Shown here: one piece after another, positions 39,194-51,509 of the stretch
Numbering within the stretch: position 1 is the first letter of the stretch
Layout: each line of letters begins with the position of its first letter
Assembly (NCBI RefSeq): GCF_026210795.1
Contig: NC_089429.1
Span: 5,146,001-5,210,000 of the forward strand
Direction: 5' to 3'
Length of the DNA: 64,000 nt
Source of the DNA: Rhizophagus irregularis
Lineage: Eukaryota
Notes under the pieces: generated by a model
The model's input: only the letters and a program-made list of their open reading frames with translations
What the model was told of the DNA's origin: nothing
Database searches by the model: none
Translations under genes and position numbers: made by a program

Positions 39194-39889
39194 AATTAGT
39201 ATTATTGTATATAAAATTTAAAATTATAAGACAAATTATTAAATTCAATATTCATATATTATTGAATAATTTATTGCTGGGTAAAAAAAAATATTGGCCA
39301 AGGATCGTACCCATAGACTTTAATTTTACTTTTCACCGCTTAAAAAGCTTAATCCGGATAAATTAACGCTGTTAATGCTATCGGCAATATTATCATATAT
39401 TAAAAACCTGCATATTTCTTTCTAATCGATTGACTATGAATCTATGATTATAAATCTATAAACCAAGAAATGAGGTGAGGTAATCATACATAGTAGTTTG
39501 TAGTATTTTGTGGATAGTCGTGATTTCGTGGTTTTAGGTGATTTTAAAAAATTACAGTATTACTTGTTATACTTTTATTATTGTTATCTAAGTAGAGCTT
39601 TCCTTGAACGGATAGTATCCTATAATTAATTCGGATTATCCTAATAATAGGATAACGGATATCTCTATAAAGTTCACAAGTGGATAAAGGATTATCGGAT
39701 TATCTTTGGATAATTTAATGAAATAATAATCACAAATTACAGTTTTCGTGTCATGCATCCCTAAAAATCTGGAAATAGTGTCTGATACTTTTTTTTGTTT
39801 CATTTTATTTCGTTTCTTATTTCGTTATATTAACTTTTCTTTTTTTTCTTTAGTTTCGTTCCCTAACCGACATTAAAATTTGGAAACAT

Positions 39890-40183
39890 TAGCCCTGTTC
39901 ATTTCTGTTCTGTTCTGTTCTGTTCCGATTTTTACCAAAGTTTTTAGCCAATCAAATTCATTTAAAAATCGGAACAACAACCGGAACAACGGATTAAAAA
40001 AATTGATGATCCGAGTGTTCCGAAATTTGAAAATGCAATACATGCTTTAATATGGTTGGCTAGAAATAAACGGAACAGATTGAACCCGATTTTTCTACTC
40101 AATTTATGCCTTTTTTTAATTGGCTAAAATTAATTACACTAAAATCGGAAAAGAACAGAACAGAACAGAAATGAACAGGGCTA
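39890..40183. mobile_element. hAT-like MITE
   Basis: TIR TAGCCCTGTTCATTTCTGTTCTGTTC at both ends; no TSD found. Confidence 0.7.
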
Positions 40184-40199
40184 TTAGCTGGTAGGTTTC

Positions 40200-40480
40200 T
40201 TTGAATTCTTCTTTTGGTTTGTCTAATTTCATTGCGAGAGTATTCTACAAAATACGTAATCATACCAAAACTAACGCTTAAACCTCGAGTGTAAGTTTTC
40301 ATTTAATACTTCAGGAGCTGTATAATACATATCTCTAAACTTCAATACTCCCAACTTCTCCACATATTCATATTGAAATTAATAATGTACGCTGTTCGTT
40401 GAAATTAATATATTCCCTGTATGAAAATCGCGATGGACCATCTGTTTTCGATAAATTTCTTTAAAACTTTGAATAATTAG
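40200..40480 (-). pseudogene. Fragment of a TKL kinase paralog
   Basis: IIQSFKEIYRKQMVHRDFHTGNILISTNSV plus an APEVL remnant; closely resembles about 44300-44550; frameshifted. Confidence 0.8.
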
Positions 40481-40666
40481 TCCGAAGTGTAACGAAGGAC
40501 TACGCGTACGTAATGTCCCGGCAAAAGTGTCATTCTTGATATATAAAAATAAAATAAGTATATGTCTATCAAGAATCATACTATAAACATGTCGAGACTC
40601 GAGAATGATATTTTTGCTTCGCACGTGACATTGTGCAACAAAAAAATAACGGATTCCGTTTCCTAG

Positions 40667-41076
40667 TTTAATTCGTGATTCGCGTAACAATCAGAGAAAT
40701 TTTACGAAATTACTATTCAATTTAGGGGAAAAAATAAAAAAGTTATTTGCGATTATATCATTTTACAGTGATTCAATTTCGATGAACATTTTTTTGTCGT
40801 GTAGCTCTCTACGCCTTCTATAAAATAAAAAAAAGATCGTCGAAATTGGACCAATAGAATGTGAGATAATCGCAAAATCAATTTTTTCCGGAGCATGTCG
40901 GATTCGAAATTACGATCTTTTTTTTATTTTATAGAAGGCGTAGAGAGCTACACGACATAAAACTTTCGTCGAGATTGAATCACTGAATCACGAGATAATC
41001 GCAAAAAACGGTTTTATTTTCTCCCCCAAATTTGAATAGTAATTTTCTCCGATTGTTACGCGAATCACGAATTAAA
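40667..41076. repeat. About 410-bp foldback (MITE-like) element
   Basis: Long inverted arms: tttaattcgtgattcgcgtaacaatc ... gattgttacgcgaatcacgaattaaa, with further internal complementary blocks. Confidence 0.85.
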
Positions 41077-41955
41077 TAATGTATTTTATTTGGTTTTATA
41101 TTCCATCTTCTTTCCGTAAAAGGCTCATATTTCCAGAATTATAATCTTCACAATTGAGTCTACAGGAAGCGTGGTATTAGTAGATACTATATAATTATGC
41201 TAAATTTACCAAATACTACAGTATGATGAGTATGATGATGAAAAAATTAATTATTATAGTACTTTGATTATTTATCAATTTGTAAAAAGGTTACTTAATT
41301 ATAATTATGTACTAGTGTAACCAGATTCAATCTACTAGTGAATAATTAATAAATTATCGTTCTTTATTTAAAATTTGTATGGAGCGTATGATAGCGAAGG
41401 ACGCGCATAGGACATATAACCAATTATGAACCAACAATTTATTTTAACCACTTTCAAAAGTATTTGATCATACTAAATAGTATGACACGATATTTGTTAG
41501 GGTATTCAAAAATTCGAGGAGTATACTCTACAAGAAATAGAGTTTTTGCAGTTCGTAGTTTTGCTAAATCACACTTTATATAACTCAGCTAGGTATATAG
41601 AATGTATGTAAAAGTGTAAAAGGAATGTTTAAAAGGTAACTAAATTTAACAAATTTTTATAAATAGTAATATCTTTTGAATTATATCAGTAATGATTTTA
41701 AAGCAACTTTTTATCCATATATATACTGAATAATATACTGTATGATTGAAGTTATACCGTAAATATATGATTATAAATCAGTCATGTACCGCATCTTTTA
41801 TTAGCCCCTTTAAATTTCCAACATTTCGAACTTATTTTATGGAAGATTTAGAGTTCTATATGAAAGATTAAGAGAAGAAAAAAATCATGAGAATGAAATA
41901 TATAAATTTATTTACTGTAATAACTATATATATATAATGATAATAAATGATAAGT

Positions 41956-44900
41956 TTAACATATTCTTATTCCTCTTTTTTCTAGAAATCGAATTGCATT
42001 ATTGTTATCATTAAAAGCAGCCTTTCTTAACCATTTAATTCCTTCATCTTCGTTCTTTGGGATATTTAATTTTCCATTATAATATATATCACCTAAATTA
42101 TATTGTGCAATATTATTATTTCCTTCAGCAGATTTAGTGATATACTTCATAAATGTATCTATGTTATTATTTTCAGGCAGAACCCTTACAAAAGTAAAAG
42201 CATAAAATAACTGAGCATCATGATGTCCTTCATCAGCAGCTTCTTTAAGTAATTCCTTACCCTCTTCACGACTTTTTATACCGTCATGAAATCCTTCCCA
42301 CAAATAACGACCCTTCCAACATTTTGCTGTTGTATTACCATTTTCTGCATGATATTCAAAACATTTCCACGCCTTTTGATAATCTCTTGCCCTATGAGCT
42401 TTTATACCTTCATCTAATGGAATTATTGGAACTACTGGATCAATAAAATCATCTAGTGGTTCAAAATCATCTGGTAATACAAATTCGTCGTTTGCTTTTG
42501 ATCCATCTAAATCTAATGTATTTTCATCAAGCAAAGCTGGTATACTCTCATCAAACATATAACTGATGGAATTATATAATTCTTCTAGCATGTCCAATGC
42601 TTTCAAAAAAGAAATACGTTCTTGTGGATTATTCTTCCAAACTAGATATATAAAGAAGATAATGAAAGTATCCTTTAATTTTACTTGTATAATATAGGAT
42701 TGCTGATGAAAACTTATACTTACTGTCATTTATAATTTTTTTATAATCTTCTTGGATTTTTTTAGGAGTAGAATCTCCAAATTTAATTCTTTCTCTGCCA
42801 CCTTTAATTACAAAATCTCTAATTTTGTCTACTTCCAAACTTCTATATGGAATTTTTTCAAAAGCAAGTTCCCAAAGTAGAACACCAAAACTAAAAATTT
42901 CACATTGTGTCGTATATTTTGATTTATAGTTGATTAATTTCTCAGGAGCTAGCCAACGCACAGCATCATTAGTCGTCTCCTTTATTGTAGTGGTGTTCCC
43001 AAAGGCATAACGGGACAACTTAAAATTATAAATTTTAGGTTCCAAACTTTCTGTCATCAAGATATTTTCACATCTAAGGTCATGATGCAAAATTTCAGCT
43101 TTTTGTAAAAATATAAGCCCACGACATATTTTAAGAGAAATTTGGACCTTATAATGCCATTGAATATCCTTTTTTTCGTATAACTCTTTCAAAGTTCCAC
43201 GATGAGCCCATTCAAAAACCCGAACATTATCATCGTCAATCTTTGAGACACCATAAAATCTAAGAATATGATTACATTCAGATAATTTTATTAAAATTTC
43301 AAGATGCCCTTGCACTTTTGCGGTCGTTGAAATTGATTTACATGCTACTTCTTGTCCCCTATAAATTCTTTTCACTACATAATTAGGATGTTTTCCACGT
43401 TTGTCATCAAATTTTCCTCGTAAAGGGAGTTCTAGATATTTTGAATCAATCCTATTTGCGCCATGAAATGTTTTATCGTAAAGATGTTTCTTAATATACT
43501 TTATTTCATCATAAATATTATCAACTTTGTCACCCATCGCTCTAAGATATTTGTCAAATTCGGCAAGATCTTTCGATAAAGCTTCTTCATCATTCTTTCT
43601 TCGTTCTTCATTAGCAACTACCAAAGTAAAATTTAAATCTTTCATTGCATTATCATAACCATCTGTAAGTCTCGTAAATTTTTCCTCAACGAAAGTTGCT
43701 TTTGTATATTTTCTAAAGCAGTGAATTTTCGAAATATCCTTTGTATATTCTTTGATTTCTTTTAAAACATATATAAATTTATGACAAGCATCATAATATG
43801 ATTCATTACGTAATTCCTTTTCATTTTTTTGTTTTCTGAGTTGTAATGACTTCAAAGAAGCACGAGTTATTTTCACTCGTTCTGCTAGAACATCACAAAT
43901 ATTTCTGTTGTATTCTGCTGCTTCACAACTTTCTATAATTTCCATAATTAAGATTGAAGCTGTTTGAATTAAAGGAATATATGGACCTTTATCATCATCT
44001 ATGGTAGTTAATGAAAGAATTGTTTTTCTGTACTTCTCTGCTTCTTCGAATTGTTTTCTAATTTCATAATGTTGTTTTGTACTAACTTTTATAACTCTTT
44101 TAAAATCTGATTCACCATCCAAATATGAATAACACAATAAATTAATTAATTCTTCTATTTCATTAACATTTGGTCTAATATCCGGATTTAAATCCAAGCA
44201 CTTTTCCATTAAATCAATGTAACGTTTTGGTGCTTTTGGTCCAATTATTTCTGGTTTAATTCCATCACGAGGGTTGTTTCCAGTTACTACATAATACATA
44301 ATCATACCAAAACTATATATATCTGCCGCTTGAGTGTAGGATTTTCCACTTAATACTTCAGGAGCTGTATAACGTATATCTCCATAAATTTTCGTCTCAT
44401 CAGTATTTCCAACTTCTCCACATGATCCCATATTTGAAATAATTATATTAAAATTATCTACACTGTTCGTTGAAATTAACATATTTCCCGTATGAAAATC
44501 ACGATGGATCATCTGTTTTTGATGGATTTCCTTAAGGCTTTGGATGATGTAAAATAATATGCGTATTTTATTTGGCCAATTAAAATCTTTATAATTATGA
44601 TTCACCCAATCATTTAAATTTTCACCTGCTATACTTTCAAGAACCATAATATAATCTTTTGTTTTAGGATCTTGAGATATCCCATATATATTAAGGATGA
44701 AATTAGAATTCATTATTAAATATGCTTTAGCCTGTTAAGACATAAAATAATCATTATTGTGTTAAAAATGGTAACAAAAATTCGCAAAGTTTTATACCTC
44801 ATTTAGAAATTCATCATTAATATCTTTCGAGTTATATAATGACTTTAAAGAGACTTCTTTATCTGATTGTCTAGTTAATTTCTTTTTAACAATACTGTAA

Positions 44901-46491
44901 CTTAATGGGCCATCCTTCCATTTTGCTGAATAAATTGTCGAAAAATCATCTTTGATAATATCATAAAATTGGTTATATGGTATCCATTCAAATATTATAT
45001 TACTCAAATCATTAATTTTTAATTGCGCCTCTCGAATAAAACGATCAATTTTTTCATTATTACTCGTCCAATTTGTGAAATTATTTTCTAAATCATTTAC
45101 TTGACATAATTCACACCATTTATATTGTGCATCTACGTAATTATTATTACATTTTACACATTTTTCACAATATTCATACTGAAGAACCATAATATAATCT
45201 TTTGTATTAGGATTTTGAGATATTCCATATATCTTAAAATTATCATCAATATAATCGATTGAATATGTTGAAACCTATTAAAAAAAAATAAAAAGTGTTA
45301 TCATTAGAATAAAAAAAAATAAAAAGAAAATTTAAATTTGGCAACGTAGCGCTATGACGCTGTTATGAATTTATTATTAAGCGGTTAGGATCAGGATTAA
45401 AATCTATGAAATTTTTACGGAGAATCGTTACTTGTCGCCCATTTATATATCATACCAGAACTATAGCGCCATGGTGCCAAATTACAAAACTCAAAAGAAA
45501 AATTACTCTAAAAAATTACTCAAATTCATAAATTTCATACCTCATTTAGAAAATCACTAGCCAGGTTTTGTGAATTATATAAACATTTTAAAGCAACTTT
45601 TTTATCTGATTCTCTCGTCCAACCAACCATATATTCATAATATAATGGACCATCTTTCCATATTGCTAAACATATTGTAGTAAGACCACCTTTGCCTATT
45701 TCATTAAACTGATCGTATGGTATCCATTCAAACACTATAGTACATGGATTATTAATTTTTAATTGCATTTTTTGAATATAATTATCAATTTCTTCATTTC
45801 CACTGAGGTGGATTGTAAAGTTTTTTTTTAAATAATTTATATGACATGAATTACACCATTTATATTCTGTATTCGAATATAATTTACCACATTTTTTACA
45901 ACATTTTCCAAAATATTCATTATGAAGAACCATAATATAATCTTTCGTATCAGGATTTTGAGATATTCCGTATATTTTAAGAATATTATCTAAATTATTA
46001 ATAGAATATGTTTTGATCTATTAAATTTAAAAATTATCAAATTATTATTAAATCTATATAATTAAAATAATCATAAAAAGAAAAAGATTACGTACCTCGC
46101 TTAATAATTCGTTAATATTATTTTGTGAGTTATGTAAACATTTTAAGACGACCTTTTTCTCAGATACTCTCGTTAATTCTTTTTTAAAATAACTATAACT
46201 TAATGGACCATTCTTCCATATTGCTGAATTTACTGTAACGAAATCACTTTTTCCTATTTCTTTGATATTATCAAATTGATCATATGGAATCCATTCAAAT
46301 AATATATCATTTGGGTCATTGACTTTTAATCGTATTTCTTGAAACAAATCAACAATTTTTTCGTTCTCGTTCGTAAAAGTTTCTAAATATTTTGTTTGAC
46401 ATGTTTTACACCATTCATACTCTGCATTTAGAATATTTGTATATTGGCCCACACATTTTTCACATTTTCTATTATAATTTCGGGAAGACAT
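41956..46491 (-). CDS. Gene B: 3 Cys-rich/kinase-N-lobe repeat modules, kinase-like domain, MLKL-like bundle, pseudokinase, Sel1 repeats; 5 exons, about 1347 aa
   Basis: Exons 46491-46096, 46017-45541, 45274-44798, 44731-42724 and 42641-41956 with GT-AG introns; summed length 4044 nt is divisible by 3. Repeats CxxC...WCxxC...FEWIPYxQF; HRDFHTGN and YTAPE; then a gene-A-like module. Confidence 0.85.
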
Positions 46492-46660
46492 TATACTTTT
46501 GAAGTTCTATTTTATAAAAAAAAATAATTTATCTGAAGATCGGAAAAATTATGGCCCGTAAAAAATATCTTGATATACCCGTGATACAAATGTACAAATA
46601 TTTATGCAATTTATGTTACGCGGCGAAAAAAAAAAATTTCGTAAACGATTTTTTATAATT

Positions 46661-49279
46661 ATGAACGAAAACTCAGTTGAAGATGGTCAAGAATCCAAAA
46701 ACAAAGTGTTGGATAATGGAAAAATCGTAGAGTCAGTAGCAACAGAGGTTTTTGAAACCGAATCAAAAATTTTATCACTTATAGGAGAAGTTACCAAAAA
46801 ATATGATGAAATGGTAGAAATAGGTCAAACGGTTGAACATAATAAAGAAATCCATGAGTTGTTAAGCAAAGTGGAAAAAGCTAACATGGCTTTTAGTAAT
46901 TTGAGAATTCATAATAAAAAGAATACAAAATATTTTTCAGAGGAAAATTATACTAATTTACATAGATTAGTCGAAATTATTGATAAAATACGTGAATTTA
47001 TTGCAGAAATTTCAAAAGGTTATAAAGCTGAAATTTTTAGAAATTTAAATAATGAATTTGATACTACCGTTCAACTTCTAAAGTTGGATTTAGAAGTACC
47101 ATTTTCAAATTATTTGCCACGTATTAAAGAAGTGAATTTTTTACCACTAGTAAGAGAAGTTACCAATATATACAACGAAATAATAGAAGTTTATCAAACA
47201 GCTCAATATAATAAAAAAACATGTTGGTCGATGATGAAAAGAGTAGAAATAGCTGATATAGCATTAAGAAATTTAAGGGATAATAGAAGAGAAAATTCAA
47301 AATATTTTTCACAAGAAAACTATATCAATTTACGTAGATTAATTATTGTAATTGATAAAATACGTAAATTTATCACAGAAATTTCTCAATTGAAAGGTTA
47401 TCAGAATTATATCCAATCTAGAAAAAATATTGAGGAAACTTTTGAAGATTTAAATAAAGAATTTAATTCTGTCGTTCATCTTTTGAAATTTTTTTCTTTA
47501 CCTACTGATGTACCATTTTGTGTTGGAATGGAAACTGCGTCTAAAGTTGAAGTATTATTTACAAGTTTTTTACCACTTATAGGAGAAGTGAGCAAATTGC
47601 ATAATGAAATAGATGAAATTTATAAGACGGCTCAATATAATAGAAAAACATGTGAAGCAATGTTAGAAAGAGTAAAAATAGCCGATACAGCTGTAAATAA
47701 TTTAAAAATTCGAAATTTAGAATTTTTTTCAAAAAAAAATTTTATTAATTTCCGTAACTTAGTTACAGTTATTGGGGAAATACGCCAATTTCTTGCAGAA
47801 ATTTCTCAATTAAAAGGTTCATATAGAAAATATGTTCGTGCTAAAGATGTTCAAGAAAAATTTAGTAACTTAAATGATGAATTTGAAACTGCTATTCGAC
47901 TTCTGCGATTTTTTTTAATTATTGGTTTTAATGCGCGTGCCGACGATAAGAAGATTAAAGCTGATATTGAAGGGGTAAATTTTAACATATCCAAATTCTT
48001 TCATTTCTTTTAAAAAGATTACTTACTATTGCTCAAAAAAAAAAATATTTATATATATAGGAATGGATTAGAAAGAAAATAAAAGATGAAGATATTCATT
48101 ATTTTGAATATAGCGAATTTAATGACATTGAAGAAATTGGTAAAGGGGGGTTTGGTATCGTAAATAGTGCGGTAACTAATGATGGAATGCGAGTTGCACT
48201 TAAAAGCCTTATCGAAAAGAAAACTTCAAAAATCGAAGAGGATGATATTAAAAAGTTTGTAAATGAAGTAAGTAAATCAATTTCAGCATAGGAGGTTAAC
48301 GTATTATATAAGTTAAAATTTAACATATTATGCTCATTTTATTCTTTATTCAGTTAAAACTTGTTCGTATGGTTCATTTTCATCCTAATATCAATCGTTT
48401 CCTTGGAATAGCAAAAGGTTTGCGATAAAGATTTAGTTGGATAATTAAATGATCTACATTTGAACTAATAATTAATTACGTTAATATTTAATGAATAGAT
48501 GATATTGGGAATTATATTATGGTATTGGAATTTGCCAATGAAGGAAATTTAAGAGATTATTTGATGCGGAAGAAAAATTCATTAGAATGGAAGGATAAAG
48601 TTCATATGGCATTGGATATTACTTGTGGATTAAAATGTTTACACGCCCAAGATATAATCCATAGAGATTTGGTAATCCAATATTTATTTTTAAAATGCAT
48701 TGTTTTAAGTGTTGTTTCTTTTAATAATATTAATAATTATCTTTATAGCACTCAAAAAACATATTAGTGAATAATGGTAGATTATTAATTGCAGACTTTG
48801 GATTATCTAAACAATTAATAGAAGTTACATCCAGCTCAGTGACTAATAGGACGGGAATGGTTGAATATATTGAACCACAATGTTATAGGAGCGTTAATTA
48901 TATAAGAGATAAAAGATCCGATATTTATAGTTTAGGCGTTTTGTTTTGGGAAATTACAAGTGGTCGTCCTCCTTTTTTCAATCGGGATGACCCAAATTCC
49001 TTTGCATTATGTCATCACATTGGTATTGGCCATAGAGAAGATCCAATTGAAGGTACACCTTTAGAGTATCAACAACTTTATCAAAAATGTTGGGACGGTA
49101 ATCCAGAGTTGAGACCTGACATTGATCAAGTTTATGAAGAAATTTTGAGTCAATTTAATGCTAACGATACTAACCATACCGATAAACAACATTTAGTAAC
49201 ACCTCATGATAATAATTATTCAAGTATACGATCAGGCCAGTCAGGGCTCTTTATAGATGACTTTATAGACGAAGTTTAA
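46661..49279 (+). CDS. Gene C: three tandem MLKL-like helical-bundle domains plus an intact TKL kinase; 5 exons, about 762 aa
   Basis: Exons 46661-47974, 48061-48267, 48354-48417, 48499-48671 and 48749-49279 (2289 nt). Kinase motifs GKGGFG, VALK, HRDLHSKN, DFGLSK and SDIYSLG. Three repeats of the L(I/V)xEV...NKK/NRK...(R/K)V pattern. Confidence 0.88.
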
Positions 49280-50461
49280 ATAAATTGATTATATTAATTA
49301 CTTATTCGAATAAAAATATTAAAATAAATATTTATTCATATATTATTAGTGAGAGTATCAACAATAATCAACTAATAAGATGGCGGGAAAAAAAATGATG
49401 TATTAATTACAATTGCACCAGCAGAAACATTTTAACGTGAAAAAAGATAATATAATATATATATAAAAAATCAATCATCATATAAATTGATTTAACTTAT
49501 TAAATATGCAGAAATTCTTACGACAGAATAATTTTACTTCATTAGTAATAATATACGATTATTGATATATAAAAATTAAAAATTTTTCAAAAAAATTTTA
49601 TTTATAAATAAATCAAATTTTTTTATTTATTATTTTTGTGCTTGAAGCCGACAATACACAATTATGATAACGTGTATTTTTTTCATTAAAATAGCTGTTG
49701 TCCCGGTTTTTCGTTTCATATTATATTGATATCTTAGAAAATATGAAACAAGAATGGACTGGCCAGATCTTGTTGTAAGGTTAACAATGATTTATTTTCT
49801 TTATATACTAAATGTTTGTAGCTATAAAAAATACATTACATATAATGAATCATTTATTTAATAGCTCGTAGAAATTTCGCGCTATCGTGTAATGTCTTTG
49901 CCAATTGCGCTAGCAGAAATGCTCGAAATTAATTATATAAAGGAGTAAAGGAGGAAATTTCCAAAAAAAAAAATAAACTTGCTATAAGGCTTTTAAAGTC
50001 TTAAATATTCACCTATATGATATGTTTGTTATTGAGTAAATAATTGTGTTACACTGTTATGATTGATTTATCTGATTTCAATATATGAATGAACCATTAG
50101 AATTTGATCCATTGTAAGAAAATATAAAAAAAATTGTAAAAGGAATGATAAAATAGTTTCTATAATTCAGGAAATTTTTTTATAAATTTAGTAATTTTAT
50201 TATATAATATGTAATATAATTGTTCAATCAATTGCTTCATCACAAATATAAAAAAGTCAATTTTAAGAGAATTTTTAATAATAATAAATTTTATTCTTTT
50301 TTTTATTTTATAAACTGCTTATTTTTGCTTTTAGTTGGGCAATTCAGCTTCATTATCTTTTATTAGTATGCGTAACGCTTTATTAAAATTTGCGTCTTGT
50401 AAGTTGTAAACCGTTCAGGTAAATAAATTACATCACGTGACATGTACATGAAAACAACTAC

Positions 50462-50683
50462 CCCAACGGCACCCAGAAAATTCTTCGAACTCGGCCGGCG
50501 TTATGCACTGACACGTGATCGAAGAATTTAGGATGTGATGAATAAAACGTGACAAATAGAATTTCATCTACTTGAAAAAATCTAAGTCCCTCAGATAAAT
50601 ATAAACAGTGAAATTCGGACAGGGTGTGACGATGTGAATAAAAACAGATCACGTGATCGAAGAATTTTTCTGGTGCTGTTGGG
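50462..50683. mobile_element. Small CCC...GGG TIR MITE
   Basis: cccaacggcacccagaaaattcttcga versus tcgaagaatttttctggtgctgttggg. Confidence 0.65.
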
Positions 50684-50709
50684 TTATATCATGAAAACGA
50701 ACTTTACCT

Positions 50710-50854
50710 TCCAATTAGCTCGGGTTGGCTTCCGGCTCCTCCGGAAATCGATGGTAGGCTTAAGTTGGGTTGTATTACTTAGGTTTTATTACTTAGGAAT
50801 CATGCTCATTTGAATATCCCCCGCCGGCTTCACATAAAATAAAATAAAATAAAT
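50710..50854 (+). mobile_element. Short retroposed insertion (SINE or 5'-truncated LINE 3' end)
   Basis: Ends in an (AAAAT)n tail and is flanked by a perfect 16-bp direct repeat AAAACGAACTTTACCT (50694-50709 and 50855-50870). Confidence 0.8.
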
Positions 50855-51028
50855 AAAACGAACTTTACCTAGGGTGGTTTGCTAGCTACACGTGATTCGG
50901 AAACTGATTTCCAGTTACATTTAATTGCAAATCGATTATAAATCAATTTTTTTACCTTTTTACCTTTTCATCAATATCTCGTCAGACACGTCACTGTAAA
51001 CCCCTTTCTTATCTTTCTTATTTCATTA

Positions 51029-51485
51029 ATGTCAAACCATGAAAATAGAACTTGTAAAGGATGTCATGTTCGTCAAAGCTATGAAAATTTTCTAAATGAT
51101 AAAGGTGTTGCTTTAAAAAAATGTTTGCACTGCTGAGATAAACTTAAAATTGCTCGTTTAAAAAAAAAGTACTGAACAATCTGACACAATAATTAATTAT
51201 TCAGATATTACTGAAACTATATACAACCAATTTCTCTAAATGTTACTAATGAACATTATGATATGAAGGTGAAATGTGGAGTTAAATCTTGATCTTGATA
51301 TTGAATTATCATCTTTTCTGCAATAACACTTATTTCGGAAGGTGATAGATACTCATGGGTTTATCGGAATAAAAGTAAAAAAAGACTCTCTTCATTGCAA
51401 TTGTCAAATTGAGCTTGGAAAACGGCAAGTAAAGCATCCTATATTAGATAAACAAAGAGACACATCTACCTATTTAGAACAGTAC
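51029..51485 (+). pseudogene. Decayed fragment, probably from a MULE-type N-terminal region
   Basis: Broken frames: RTCKGC...KKCLHC* and CNCQIELGKRQVKHPILDKQRDT. Confidence 0.4.
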
Positions 51486-51509
51486 GCTAGGGTGGTTATG
51501 AAAACGTAA

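Noticed and set aside
50870..51496. TAGGGTGGTT direct repeats as the TSD of a MULE
   Set aside because: No TIRs inside the repeats, and the boundaries are ambiguous.
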